From: an uncultured Gemmatimonadales bacterium
GTDB taxonomy: Bacteria > Gemmatimonadota > Gemmatimonadetes > Gemmatimonadales > GWC2-71-9
Reading direction: 5' to 3'
NCBI GenBank assembly: GCA_963695555.1
Contig: CAVOGR010000007.1
Coordinates: 160,001 to 224,000, forward strand
Length of the DNA: 64,000 nt
Shown here: piece after piece, positions 48,854 through 56,224 of the stretch
Position numbering within the stretch: the first letter of the stretch is position 1
Layout: every line of letters begins with the position of its first letter
The notes under the pieces: generated by a model
The model's input: only the letters and a program-made list of their open reading frames with translations
Databases searched by the model: none
Told to the model about the DNA's origin: nothing
Translations under genes and position numbers: made by a program

Positions 48854-49372
48854 ATGTCACGCACCACAATTGCTGCACTCAGTATCGCCGGGTTGCTGCT
48901 TGCGCTGCCTCTCATCGGGGCGGCGGCTACCAAGCCCTACGGACCGCCCTGGATCGCCGTCGAGTTGCCCGCCAACCCGCTGAACCCCGCAACCCGCGGT
49001 GCGGCGCTCGTGGTCCGCACCTACCGCCACGCTACACCCGAGCCAATGCCCTTGCGCGGCACGGCCGAGGGCCTCGTCCGGACCGAGCGGCGCTCGATCC
49101 CGCTCGAATTTGAATCCACCACCCAGCCCGGCGTGTACCGGGTCGATCAGAGCTGGCCGGCCGAGGGCAGCTGGATCATCGCTATTTCCGCGGGTGATGA
49201 TGCGAATATGGTGATCGAATTGGGGGGCAGCGATGGTGGGGTGAGCCGGGCCTCGTATTACGGCCAGTCAGCGACCGGCCTCGCCATCCGCTCGATTCGG
49301 ACCAACCAGGGCCGGCTTTCGATGCAGGGCATCGACCGGGGTCTCAAGGCACTCGCGCTCGCAGGCGAGTAG
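48854..49372 (+). CDS. Secreted hypothetical protein
   Basis: AGGAG RBS; signal peptide; GPPWI..E.PANP, GTAEGLV and PGVY motifs. Confidence 0.75.
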   Translation: MSRTTIAALSIAGLLLALPLIGAAATKPYGPPWIAVELPANPLNPATRGAALVVRTYRHATPEPMPLRGTAEGLVRTERRSIPLEFESTTQPGVYRVDQSWPAEGSWIIAISAGDDANMVIELGGSDGGVSRASYYGQSATGLAIRSIRTNQGRLSMQGIDRGLKALALAGE

Positions 49373-49394
49373 CAGGCGCGCCGGTCCGACGACA

Positions 49395-49427
49395 GTGAGG
49401 CGAATCCGCTTGATGGGTTCGCCTCAC
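49395..49427. terminator. Hairpin between convergent genes
   Basis: GTGAGGCGAATCC-N7-GGGTTCGCCTCAC. Confidence 0.55.
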
Positions 49428-49936
49428 TTGTTGATCCTCACGTAGTAATAGACCGCGACATTGCGGGGCCGGGTCTCGGCAGCGCCGTAGGTCGCTGACG
49501 CGACGTCGATGCCGGCCGTGCCAGCCGGCCCTGATTTTCGGGACGAAATACCGCCCGCTCCGCGGCCGCGTGCCGCATGCACGGGGTGAGCGTGGGCCTT
49601 GAGTCCGTCGGGTTGCCAACTGCCGGCCACTCGTCCGGCGCCGTTCGGATCGCCCTCGCCCTCGTGACGCTGCCCCATCGCTTCATCGAAGCGGTTGAGG
49701 CCTCGTAGGAAGACACCACGGAGGTCAACCGCCACCGGCTCGTCGCGGCCATTGCGCGGCAGCGTCCAGTTGCGCTGCTCGGCTTTGCGGGCCAGATCCG
49801 ACTCCTCGATGCTTCGAGAATCGGCCGGTGCCCACCGGCTGCGCGCCGGCTCGAAGGGGAACGGATCGCCCACTTCCCGGGCGTAGGCCTCGGGGTCGAG
49901 CATCGAGGCAATGATGGTTCCGAGGGGAACGGCCAT
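49424..49936 (-). CDS. Stand-alone phage tail-collar-like protein
   Basis: GGAGG RBS; VPLGTII, DLRGVFLRG, GRVAGSWQ.D..KAHAH and ETRPRNVAVYYY.RI motifs. Confidence 0.75.
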   Translation of the reverse strand: MAVPLGTIIASMLDPEAYAREVGDPFPFEPARSRWAPADSRSIEESDLARKAEQRNWTLPRNGRDEPVAVDLRGVFLRGLNRFDEAMGQRHEGEGDPNGAGRVAGSWQPDGLKAHAHPVHAARGRGAGGISSRKSGPAGTAGIDVASATYGAAETRPRNVAVYYYVRINK

Positions 49937-50093
49937 GAATGTCCTCCACCTGATTCTTGATGACGCAGCGCGGCCTCGTCACAGCCCCGCAACTGGCATA
50001 ATGGACGGGATTCCTCCGGAACGCTACATTCACACCGGGCTCACGGGCGGTCCCGAGGCCGCGCAGTTTCGATTGCACGTTAAGGAGGAACGC

Positions 50094-50345
50094 ATGGCAG
50101 GATCGATCACGGTCGAGCGTTTGGTCCAGGAGCTCGAGAAACTCAAGACCCAGATGGATGCCGGGGAGCTCAAGCACAGCGAGTACGACCAGCGCTTGTC
50201 GCGGGTCATCTCTGAGCTGCGCGAGCGCGGCATCGATGCGGACCGGGCTGCGATCACGGCGGCGCTGGATGGGCTGCTTCAGAAGGGCACTATTGTCCCA
50301 TCGGTCAAGCAACACCTCGAGAAGCGGCTGGGCTTGACGTCGTAG
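50094..50345 (+). CDS. Small helical hypothetical protein (83 aa)
   Basis: AAGGAGG RBS; MAGSITVERLVQELEKLK...EYDQRLSRVISELRERG. Confidence 0.75.
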   Translation: MAGSITVERLVQELEKLKTQMDAGELKHSEYDQRLSRVISELRERGIDADRAAITAALDGLLQKGTIVPSVKQHLEKRLGLTS

Positions 50346-50356
50346 ACGACGCGACG

Positions 50357-50563
50357 ATGAACGACGAGACGTTCAACGTGACCCTCCGGCCATTCCTCAA
50401 GCAGTTCGGCATTACCGGCCAGCGCGAGATCGAGAAGGCGGTGGACCGGGCGCTCGCGTCCAGGTAGCTCACCGGGTCCGAGACGCTCCGGGCCCGGGCT
50501 CGCCTCGAAATCGGGGGACTTGCGCTCGAGACGGTGGTGGAGGGAGACATCAGTCTGTCCTAG
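50357..50563 (+). pseudogene. DUF6494-like small gene interrupted by an in-frame TAG
   Basis: Reads MNDETFNVTLRPFLKQFGITGQREIEKAVDRALASR*LTGSETLRARARLEIGGLALETVVEGDISLS*; TAG at 50465-50467. Confidence 0.7.
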
Positions 50564-50812
50564 GCCACTGGGCAGACGCCGGTGCCTCGCTGGACGCCGT
50601 ACACACCACAAAGCGGCGCGAGGCGCCCAGAATCGACCAGTTTCCGGTCGCTATCGACTAGCCTGTCGACAACGCGCGCGAAGTGCAACATTCCGCATAG
50701 CCTTGCGGGGGCACTTGCCGTGTTGCACAACAGCAGCACTGCCCCCTTTGCTCACCAGTCCGAGCGTTACCTCTAAACCACCAGTGCAGTAGGGTTAGCT
50801 GGACTGAGACCC

Positions 50813-50828
50813 TGGCACGCCCGTTGCT
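50813..50828 (+). promoter_or_regulatory. Sigma54 promoter of the pilin cluster
   Basis: TGGCACG-CCCG-TTGCT matches the -24/-12 consensus, 41 bp before the ATG at 50870. Confidence 0.8.
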
Positions 50829-50869
50829 CTACCTACTGCCGAGGATTCTCTCGCCGGCAGAGGGTGTGA

Positions 50870-52669
50870 ATGACGGATTCCCGAACACTCAGGAAACGAA
50901 CCGGGGCGCTGGGGCTCGACCAGGGCGGATTCGCTCTGGAGGCCACCATCTTCGTGCTGGTGCTCATGTCCGCCCTGACGATGGTGGCGGTGGTGGGGGT
51001 AGTCACCGCGACCCGGACGGCCAATTACGACTACCGCTATACGCAAGTCTCCTTTGCAGCCGAGGCGGGCGCGGACGCCATTATGGCCCAATTAGAGGAC
51101 GCCATCCACGACGGGGCCATTACCGACGCGGAGCTGGCCGCCATCGTCCCGCCGAGCATCCCCGGCTTCACCTTCAGCGCGGTGAACGCCAACCGCCTGG
51201 GAGGGGTCCAAGTCCAGTCGATCACGGACGGCCCGTTCGCAGGTCTGTACGCGCTCACCCAATTCATCGACATCTTCTCCGAGGTCCGGGATCCGATCGA
51301 CAACTCGGCTGCCGCGATCGTAACGGCCAAAGCCCAGTCGATTCCCATCTTCCAATTCGGCGTGTTCTACGAAAAGGACCTGGAAATCACCAACGGACCG
51401 CCGCTCGACTTCGAGGGATGGGTCCACTCCAACGGCAACATCTACCTGAGCTCTAACAACGCGTGGTATCGCGAAGTCATCACCACGCCGAACAAGGTGT
51501 TTCACGACCGGAAGGATTTCCACAACATCCTGAACGGTGTCTTCATCAACGACGCCGTCGGCACCGAGGTACCGCTCGATTTCGACAGCCGGAGCCATCC
51601 GACTCCGGCCGGGTTCATGACCGAGAGCCATGCCAAGTTCGACGACCGGCTGAAGACCGGTGCGTACGGGGTGGACACGCTCCGCGTACCGCTGCCGAAC
51701 GGCTTCCCGCCGGCGGAAATCGTGGCGCCCCGGCGGGTCACCGATGGGGCGATCGAGCGGCGAGCCAAGTTTTCGTGGAAAGCCGACTGGGCAATTACCA
51801 TCGATCTCGCCGGCCTCAACAACCCAGCGGACAACCTGTGCGCGGTCCTGGCGTCGATCCGGGACGGTGGCGAGCAAGTTCCGTCCGGGATCGACTGCGA
51901 CACCATCTTCCGCTTCACGTGGGATGCCTGGTTCGAGGGCCGTGAGAAGCGCTACGTCGACGTGCTGAACATCGATCTGCAGCAGCTGTTCAACTGGGTG
52001 GGCGGCAACCCGAGCCGTATGACCCAGATTCTGCACGTCACCTTTACCGGAACGGGCTACGATCCGAAGGGCGACGGGAACTTCCCGGTGGTCCGGCTGG
52101 TGAACGGCGACCAGATCGGCAACCCGTTCACATTCTCCACCGACTACCCGCTCTACGTCCAGGGACACTACAACCGCACCAACTGGAAGCCGTCGGCCCT
52201 GACCGGCGACGCCATCACGATGCTCTCGAACGCCTGGAACGACGCCCAGCACCAGTGCACCACCTACACTCCTGCGGCGCTCACCCCGGCGACCATCTGC
52301 GGCGGCTTCGTCCAGCGCCCGGCGGCCGCCACCCAAGTGTGGGCCGCGGTGCTGGCCGGCCATACCCCGACCCCGTGCGACCACGAGCTTCCGGGGTGCC
52401 CCGGCGGATACGCGGATTTCTACGGCGGCGGCGTCGAGAACTTCCCGCGCTTCCTGGAGAACTGGAGCGGGGTCACGCTGACCTACCGCGGCTCGCTGGT
52501 GTCGCTCCACTTCTCGGCCAAGGCGGTCGGCACCTGGAACGGCACCTACTATACCCCGCCGACCCGGGACTGGCGGTTCGAGACCCGGTTCCACGACCCC
52601 GCCAACCTCCCGCCGGGCACCCCGGTGGTCGGGAACGTCATTCACACGGCCTTCCGGCCGGTGTACTGA
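50870..52669 (+). CDS. Large PilX/GspK-like minor pilin (599 aa)
   Basis: G|FALEATIFVLVLM pilin-like N-terminus; FAAEAG PilX motif; G.VHSNG; GGVENFPRFLENW; YYTPPTRDW.F. Confidence 0.8.
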   Translation: MTDSRTLRKRTGALGLDQGGFALEATIFVLVLMSALTMVAVVGVVTATRTANYDYRYTQVSFAAEAGADAIMAQLEDAIHDGAITDAELAAIVPPSIPGFTFSAVNANRLGGVQVQSITDGPFAGLYALTQFIDIFSEVRDPIDNSAAAIVTAKAQSIPIFQFGVFYEKDLEITNGPPLDFEGWVHSNGNIYLSSNNAWYREVITTPNKVFHDRKDFHNILNGVFINDAVGTEVPLDFDSRSHPTPAGFMTESHAKFDDRLKTGAYGVDTLRVPLPNGFPPAEIVAPRRVTDGAIERRAKFSWKADWAITIDLAGLNNPADNLCAVLASIRDGGEQVPSGIDCDTIFRFTWDAWFEGREKRYVDVLNIDLQQLFNWVGGNPSRMTQILHVTFTGTGYDPKGDGNFPVVRLVNGDQIGNPFTFSTDYPLYVQGHYNRTNWKPSALTGDAITMLSNAWNDAQHQCTTYTPAALTPATICGGFVQRPAAATQVWAAVLAGHTPTPCDHELPGCPGGYADFYGGGVENFPRFLENWSGVTLTYRGSLVSLHFSAKAVGTWNGTYYTPPTRDWRFETRFHDPANLPPGTPVVGNVIHTAFRPVY

Positions 52670-52672
52670 GGC

Positions 52673-53242
52673 GTGGCACTCGTGACCGAATCGCGGAGGG
52701 GCTTCACCCTGGTCGAAGCGGTGACCGTGATGGTGGTGATGGGCCTCATGCTGGCCATCGGCATCCCCTACCTTCGGGTCAGCCCGTACCAGGAGGTGCG
52801 GAGCGCCGGGCTGCAACTGGCGCGTGACCTCGAGGCGGTCCGCACCCGCGCCCTCGCCACTCGCAGCACCGCCCGGATCGTGTTCGATGCTGCGGGCGGG
52901 AGCTACACCGGGTTCCTCGACGACGACCGGGACGGAGTGCTCACCGAGAGCTCGGTGGAACAGAGCGCGCTGCGCGCCTTTGCCGGCAATCGTGCGCTGG
53001 GAAGCAGCGTCACCTTCGGAAGCGGCGTCGCCGGGCCGGTGCCGACCGACACTGCGACGGGCCCGATCACCTTCATCAATGACCGGGTGGAATTCGACGG
53101 CCGCGGGGTGACCACACCGTTCGGCACGCGTGGGGTGGTCTACTTGGTCAATCAGCGCGAGCCGACCGCGGTCGCGGCCGTTGCCGTATCGGGCGCCGGG
53201 TCGCTCAAGCTCTGGGTCTACCGGGAGGGAGCATGGCAGTGA
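52673..53242 (+). CDS. FimT/GspH-like minor pilin
   Basis: RRG|FTLVE prepilin site; L..DL...R..A; V.FDGRG; VSGAG motifs. Confidence 0.88.
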   Translation: MALVTESRRGFTLVEAVTVMVVMGLMLAIGIPYLRVSPYQEVRSAGLQLARDLEAVRTRALATRSTARIVFDAAGGSYTGFLDDDRDGVLTESSVEQSALRAFAGNRALGSSVTFGSGVAGPVPTDTATGPITFINDRVEFDGRGVTTPFGTRGVVYLVNQREPTAVAAVAVSGAGSLKLWVYREGAWQ

Positions 53243-53616
53243 GGAAGGATGCCGGTTTCAGCTTGATCGCGGTACTGGTCGCGATCGTGTTGCTCTCTAT
53301 CGGGCTGCTCGCGATCTCGCGCGCAAGCACCCAAGTCCTGGCCATGCATACGTCCGCGGCCTCGCGCTCGGCAGGGCTCGCGGTGGCCCGAACCCACATG
53401 GAGACCCTCCGGAGCCAAGATCCGGCCACCATCGTCTCGCAGAGCGAGGTGGCCGTGGACGCCGAGGGGCAACTGGATGCCTCCGGTCCGTTTCATCGGA
53501 CCGTCGTGGTCGACAGCGTCTCCCACAACCTGAAGGCCATCCGCGTTCGGGTGACGTGGCCGCGCGCCAGCGCCCCCGTCGAGCTCGTCACGATGGCCTT
53601 CTTCAGCATCGAGTAG
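53233..53616 (+). CDS. PilV/GspI-like minor pilin
   Basis: AG|FSLIAVLVAIVLLSIGLLA; A...ME.LR; V.VTW; start 53233 or 53239. Confidence 0.82.
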   Translation: MAVRKDAGFSLIAVLVAIVLLSIGLLAISRASTQVLAMHTSAASRSAGLAVARTHMETLRSQDPATIVSQSEVAVDAEGQLDASGPFHRTVVVDSVSHNLKAIRVRVTWPRASAPVELVTMAFFSIE

Positions 53617-53624
53617 TGACCCTC

Positions 53625-54554
53625 ATGCCGTCACCCGTCGCGGGTCGCCGCGGATTTACCCTGGTGGAGATTCTGATCTCCCTGGTCATCGGGTTGATCG
53701 TGATCGGCGCCGCGATGACCTTTGCCGTCAACACGGTGCGCAGCGTCGAAGCCACCGGACTCCGCGAGGGCGTCACGCGCAACTCGCGCTTCATGGCGAT
53801 GTCGCTCGAGCGCGATTTCACTGGAACGGGTGTCGGAATCGAAAGCACCATCGCCTACGGGTCGGTGCGGGTGCGGGGCGACACGCTGCTGGTCCTCGGG
53901 GTGCCGTTCGACAGCGTGATGTCGCCGCCGTATGACCTGATTCCACCGCCAGCCGCCACCAATCCCCTGCCGGCCGGCGGCACCTGTGGCGCCACGTGCC
54001 TCGACCTGATGAAGGCCGCCGACAGCACGTTCGACCTTCAGGTCGGGGACATCGGCCGACTGCAGGTCGGCGGAGAGCGGCGGCTGCTCCGCGTCGAGAG
54101 CATGACGTCGAACGATACAGCAGTCCAGCTCGCCTTCACGCCGCTTCCCGAGATCTTCCTTCACCCGGCGAGCCTCTCGGGTGGCCTCTTGCTCGATCCC
54201 TACAACACCTACGTGCAGAAGCTCGAGCCGGTGGCCTATTGGGTGGAGTCCGGAAACCTCATGCGGGCGACCAGGGTCGAGGGCAGTGGTTCATTCAAGG
54301 GCGAGGTCGTAGCGGACGGAATCCAGTCGTGGGAGGTCAGTCTCATCTTCCAGGACGGGGACGAGCTGGACAACGCCGACCCGACGGACGGCGACCCGAC
54401 CAATGATTACGACGATATCCTGTCGATCAGAATCCGTGCCGTCGTGGCCGCCAATCGGGTGGATCGCCACGTGAATGCGGGTACGCTGTTTACCCGGTCG
54501 TACGATTGGCGCTTCACGCCGCGAAACCTCATGTACGAGCGTAACCGGCGCTAA
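53625..54554 (+). CDS. PilW/GspJ-like minor pilin
   Basis: RRG|FTLVEILISLVIGLIV; LERD...G; VADGI; terminal PRNL. Confidence 0.88.
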   Translation: MPSPVAGRRGFTLVEILISLVIGLIVIGAAMTFAVNTVRSVEATGLREGVTRNSRFMAMSLERDFTGTGVGIESTIAYGSVRVRGDTLLVLGVPFDSVMSPPYDLIPPPAATNPLPAGGTCGATCLDLMKAADSTFDLQVGDIGRLQVGGERRLLRVESMTSNDTAVQLAFTPLPEIFLHPASLSGGLLLDPYNTYVQKLEPVAYWVESGNLMRATRVEGSGSFKGEVVADGIQSWEVSLIFQDGDELDNADPTDGDPTNDYDDILSIRIRAVVAANRVDRHVNAGTLFTRSYDWRFTPRNLMYERNRR

Positions 54555-54682
54555 GGGGCGCTGAGCGCCGGTTGCAGGGTTGGCTCCGCGACGTCGCCTC
54601 GAGTCCTGGGGCTTCCGAGGAGCGGACGCTCCGATCGAGGCGGTGGCCTCGTGTTGCGTCACGAGCCGAATCGCGGTTCGGC

Positions 54683-54712
54683 TATTGCGCAACCCGGCCG
54701 GGGCATTACCTT
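54683..54712 (+). promoter_or_regulatory. Sigma70-type promoter of csp copy 1
   Basis: TTGCGC-N16-TACCTT; near-identical to 55265-55294. Confidence 0.65.
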
Positions 54713-54721
54713 TTAGAGGCT

Positions 54722-54934
54722 TGATGCACCCAAGGGGTGCGCGCTGAGAACCGGAGATATCTGTTACAGAGGGATCTGGCTCGGAGCTGGATCCCTCGTT
54801 CTGTTTCAAGTGTTAGGCCGATCGTTTCACAAGTGGATCGGCAGCCTGCTACGAGGCCTTATCGTGGCGAATATGTCTCGGTGGTGCGGAATCTCCGAAC
54901 TCCGACGACAGCTTTTATCAAGAGGAGTACGAGT
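54722..54934 (+). ncRNA. Candidate structured csp 5' leader, copy 1
   Basis: Hairpins shared with copy 2, including GAGGGATCTGGC/GCTGGATCCCTC (54769-54797). Confidence 0.6.
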
Positions 54935-55144
54935 ATGCGTACCACCGGAACCGTCAAGTGGTTCAACGACGCCAAGGGATTTGGCTTCATCACCCCCGAG
55001 AATGGCGAGAAGGACTGCTTCGTGCACCACTCGGCGATTCAGGCAGAGGGCTTCAAGTCTCTGTCCGAGGGCGACAAGGTCGAGTTCGACGTGACCCAGG
55101 GCCAAAAGGGCCCGGCCGCGGAAAACGTCGTCAAGATCAGCTAA
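54935..55144 (+). CDS. cspA: Cold-shock protein (69 aa)
   Basis: [15 protein letters not shown] (RNP1); FVHHSAI (RNP2); GAGGAG RBS. Confidence 0.97.
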   Translation: MRTTGTVKWFNDAKGFGFITPENGEKDCFVHHSAIQAEGFKSLSEGDKVEFDVTQGQKGPAAENVVKIS

Positions 55145-55182
55145 CGACTGATTGAGCGTCCCCGAACAGGGGAAGCAAAGGG

Positions 55183-55214
55183 AAGGCCGTCCCGAAGTTC
55201 GGGGCGGCCTTTTC
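55183..55214 (+). terminator. Intrinsic terminator after csp copy 1
   Basis: AAGGCCGTCCCGAA-G-TTCGGGGCGGCCTTTT. Confidence 0.8.
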
Positions 55215-55264
55215 CGCGTCCGGATCTGCCGGTGGTTCACACCGACCTGAACCCCGGGCCGAGG

Positions 55265-55294
55265 TATTGCGAAAACAGGCCAGGTCATTAGCTT
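55265..55294 (+). promoter_or_regulatory. Sigma70-type promoter of csp copy 2
   Basis: TTGCGA-N16-TAGCTT. Confidence 0.65.
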
Positions 55295-55303
55295 AGTGCA
55301 GCT

Positions 55304-55516
55304 TACCGCGCACCCGGGTACTGTGCGCCTGAGGACCGAGATACCGCACGAGGGATCTGGCTCAGCGCTGGATCCCTCGTCGCGTAGAGACGTTCCGCCG
55401 ACCGCGCACTAACGCCGGCTGGCAGCCTGCCGCGGGGCGTGTCCGCGGCAATGTCGACGGATGGTACGGCAACGCCGGACTCCGAAGACACAGATTCCAC
55501 CAAGAGGAGTACGGCA
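55304..55516 (+). ncRNA. Candidate structured csp 5' leader, copy 2
   Basis: GAGGGATCTGGC/GCTGGATCCCTC (55350-55378) plus covarying downstream stems. Confidence 0.6.
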
Positions 55517-55726
55517 ATGCGCACCACCGGAACCGTCAAGTGGTTCAACGATGCCAAGGGCTTCGGCTTCATCACCCCCGAGAACGGAGGCAAGGACTGC
55601 TTCGTGCATCACTCGGCGATTCAGGCCGAAGGCTTCAAGTCGCTGTCCGAAGGCGATAAGGTCGAATTCGACGTCGTCCAAGGGCAGAAGGGCCCGGCGG
55701 CGGAGAACGTGGTCAAGGTCAGCTAA
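55517..55726 (+). CDS. cspA: Cold-shock protein (69 aa), tandem paralog
   Basis: Differs from copy 1 at 3 residues; GAGGAG RBS. Confidence 0.97.
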   Translation: MRTTGTVKWFNDAKGFGFITPENGGKDCFVHHSAIQAEGFKSLSEGDKVEFDVVQGQKGPAAENVVKVS

Positions 55727-55766
55727 CCGCTGACCGCGATCCCCTCTCACGAGGGGCAACACACCA

Positions 55767-55802
55767 GGAGCCGCCCTGCACCAGCAGGGCGGCTCCGTGT
55801 TT
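55767..55802 (+). terminator. Intrinsic terminator after csp copy 2
   Basis: GGAGCCGCCCTGC-ACCA-GCAGGGCGGCTCC followed by GTGTTT. Confidence 0.8.
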
Positions 55803-55938
55803 ACGGCTGAGAGCACGACAAAATCGAAGCTCCCGCGAAGGAAGAGGCCCGCCTTGCGAAGGGCCGCGCCATGGGGTATATCGAAATCTGGCCCGCACCG
55901 ATGGTACGGGCACGGCTCCTTCTTACCACGGAGGCTGG

Positions 55939-56139
55939 ATGGGCAAGGGACACGAAGACCTGCACACGCTGCACGAGGCGCTGGCCACATTCGAGGAGGC
56001 CATTCGGCAGCGCGAGCGCCGAAGCCCCCTCTCGAGCAAGGTGTCGGCAAAACAGACCGCCGACGAAGCTCGCCAGAATGTCGTTGAGGTAGTCGTCAAG
56101 ATGGTCACGGCCGCGCGGATGGGCCGCGAATCCTCCTGA
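55939..56139 (+). CDS. Small helical hypothetical protein (66 aa)
   Basis: GGAGG RBS; MGKGHEDLHTLHEALATFEEAIR... Confidence 0.65.
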   Translation: MGKGHEDLHTLHEALATFEEAIRQRERRSPLSSKVSAKQTADEARQNVVEVVVKMVTAARMGRESS

Positions 56140-56172
56140 ACCACCTCACCCCTTGACCCTGTAGCGTAAACA

Positions 56173-56204
56173 AGGCCCCGGGCACCGATCGGCGCCCGGG
56201 GCCT
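56173..56204 (-). terminator. Terminator hairpin after the ALDH gene
   Basis: Minus strand AGGCCCCGGGCGCCG-AT-CGGTGCCCGGGGCCT followed by TGTTT. Confidence 0.7.
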
Positions 56205-56224
56205 CCATCGCCTTCACTCCGTAG

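Noticed and set aside
49424..50563. Prophage remnant
   Set aside because: No integrase, capsid, terminase or other phage genes around the collar-like gene.
54700..55520. CRISPR array or tRNA in the csp region
   Set aside because: Only two copies of the repeat, each tied to a csp gene; no spacer periodicity or cloverleaf/T-loop signature.
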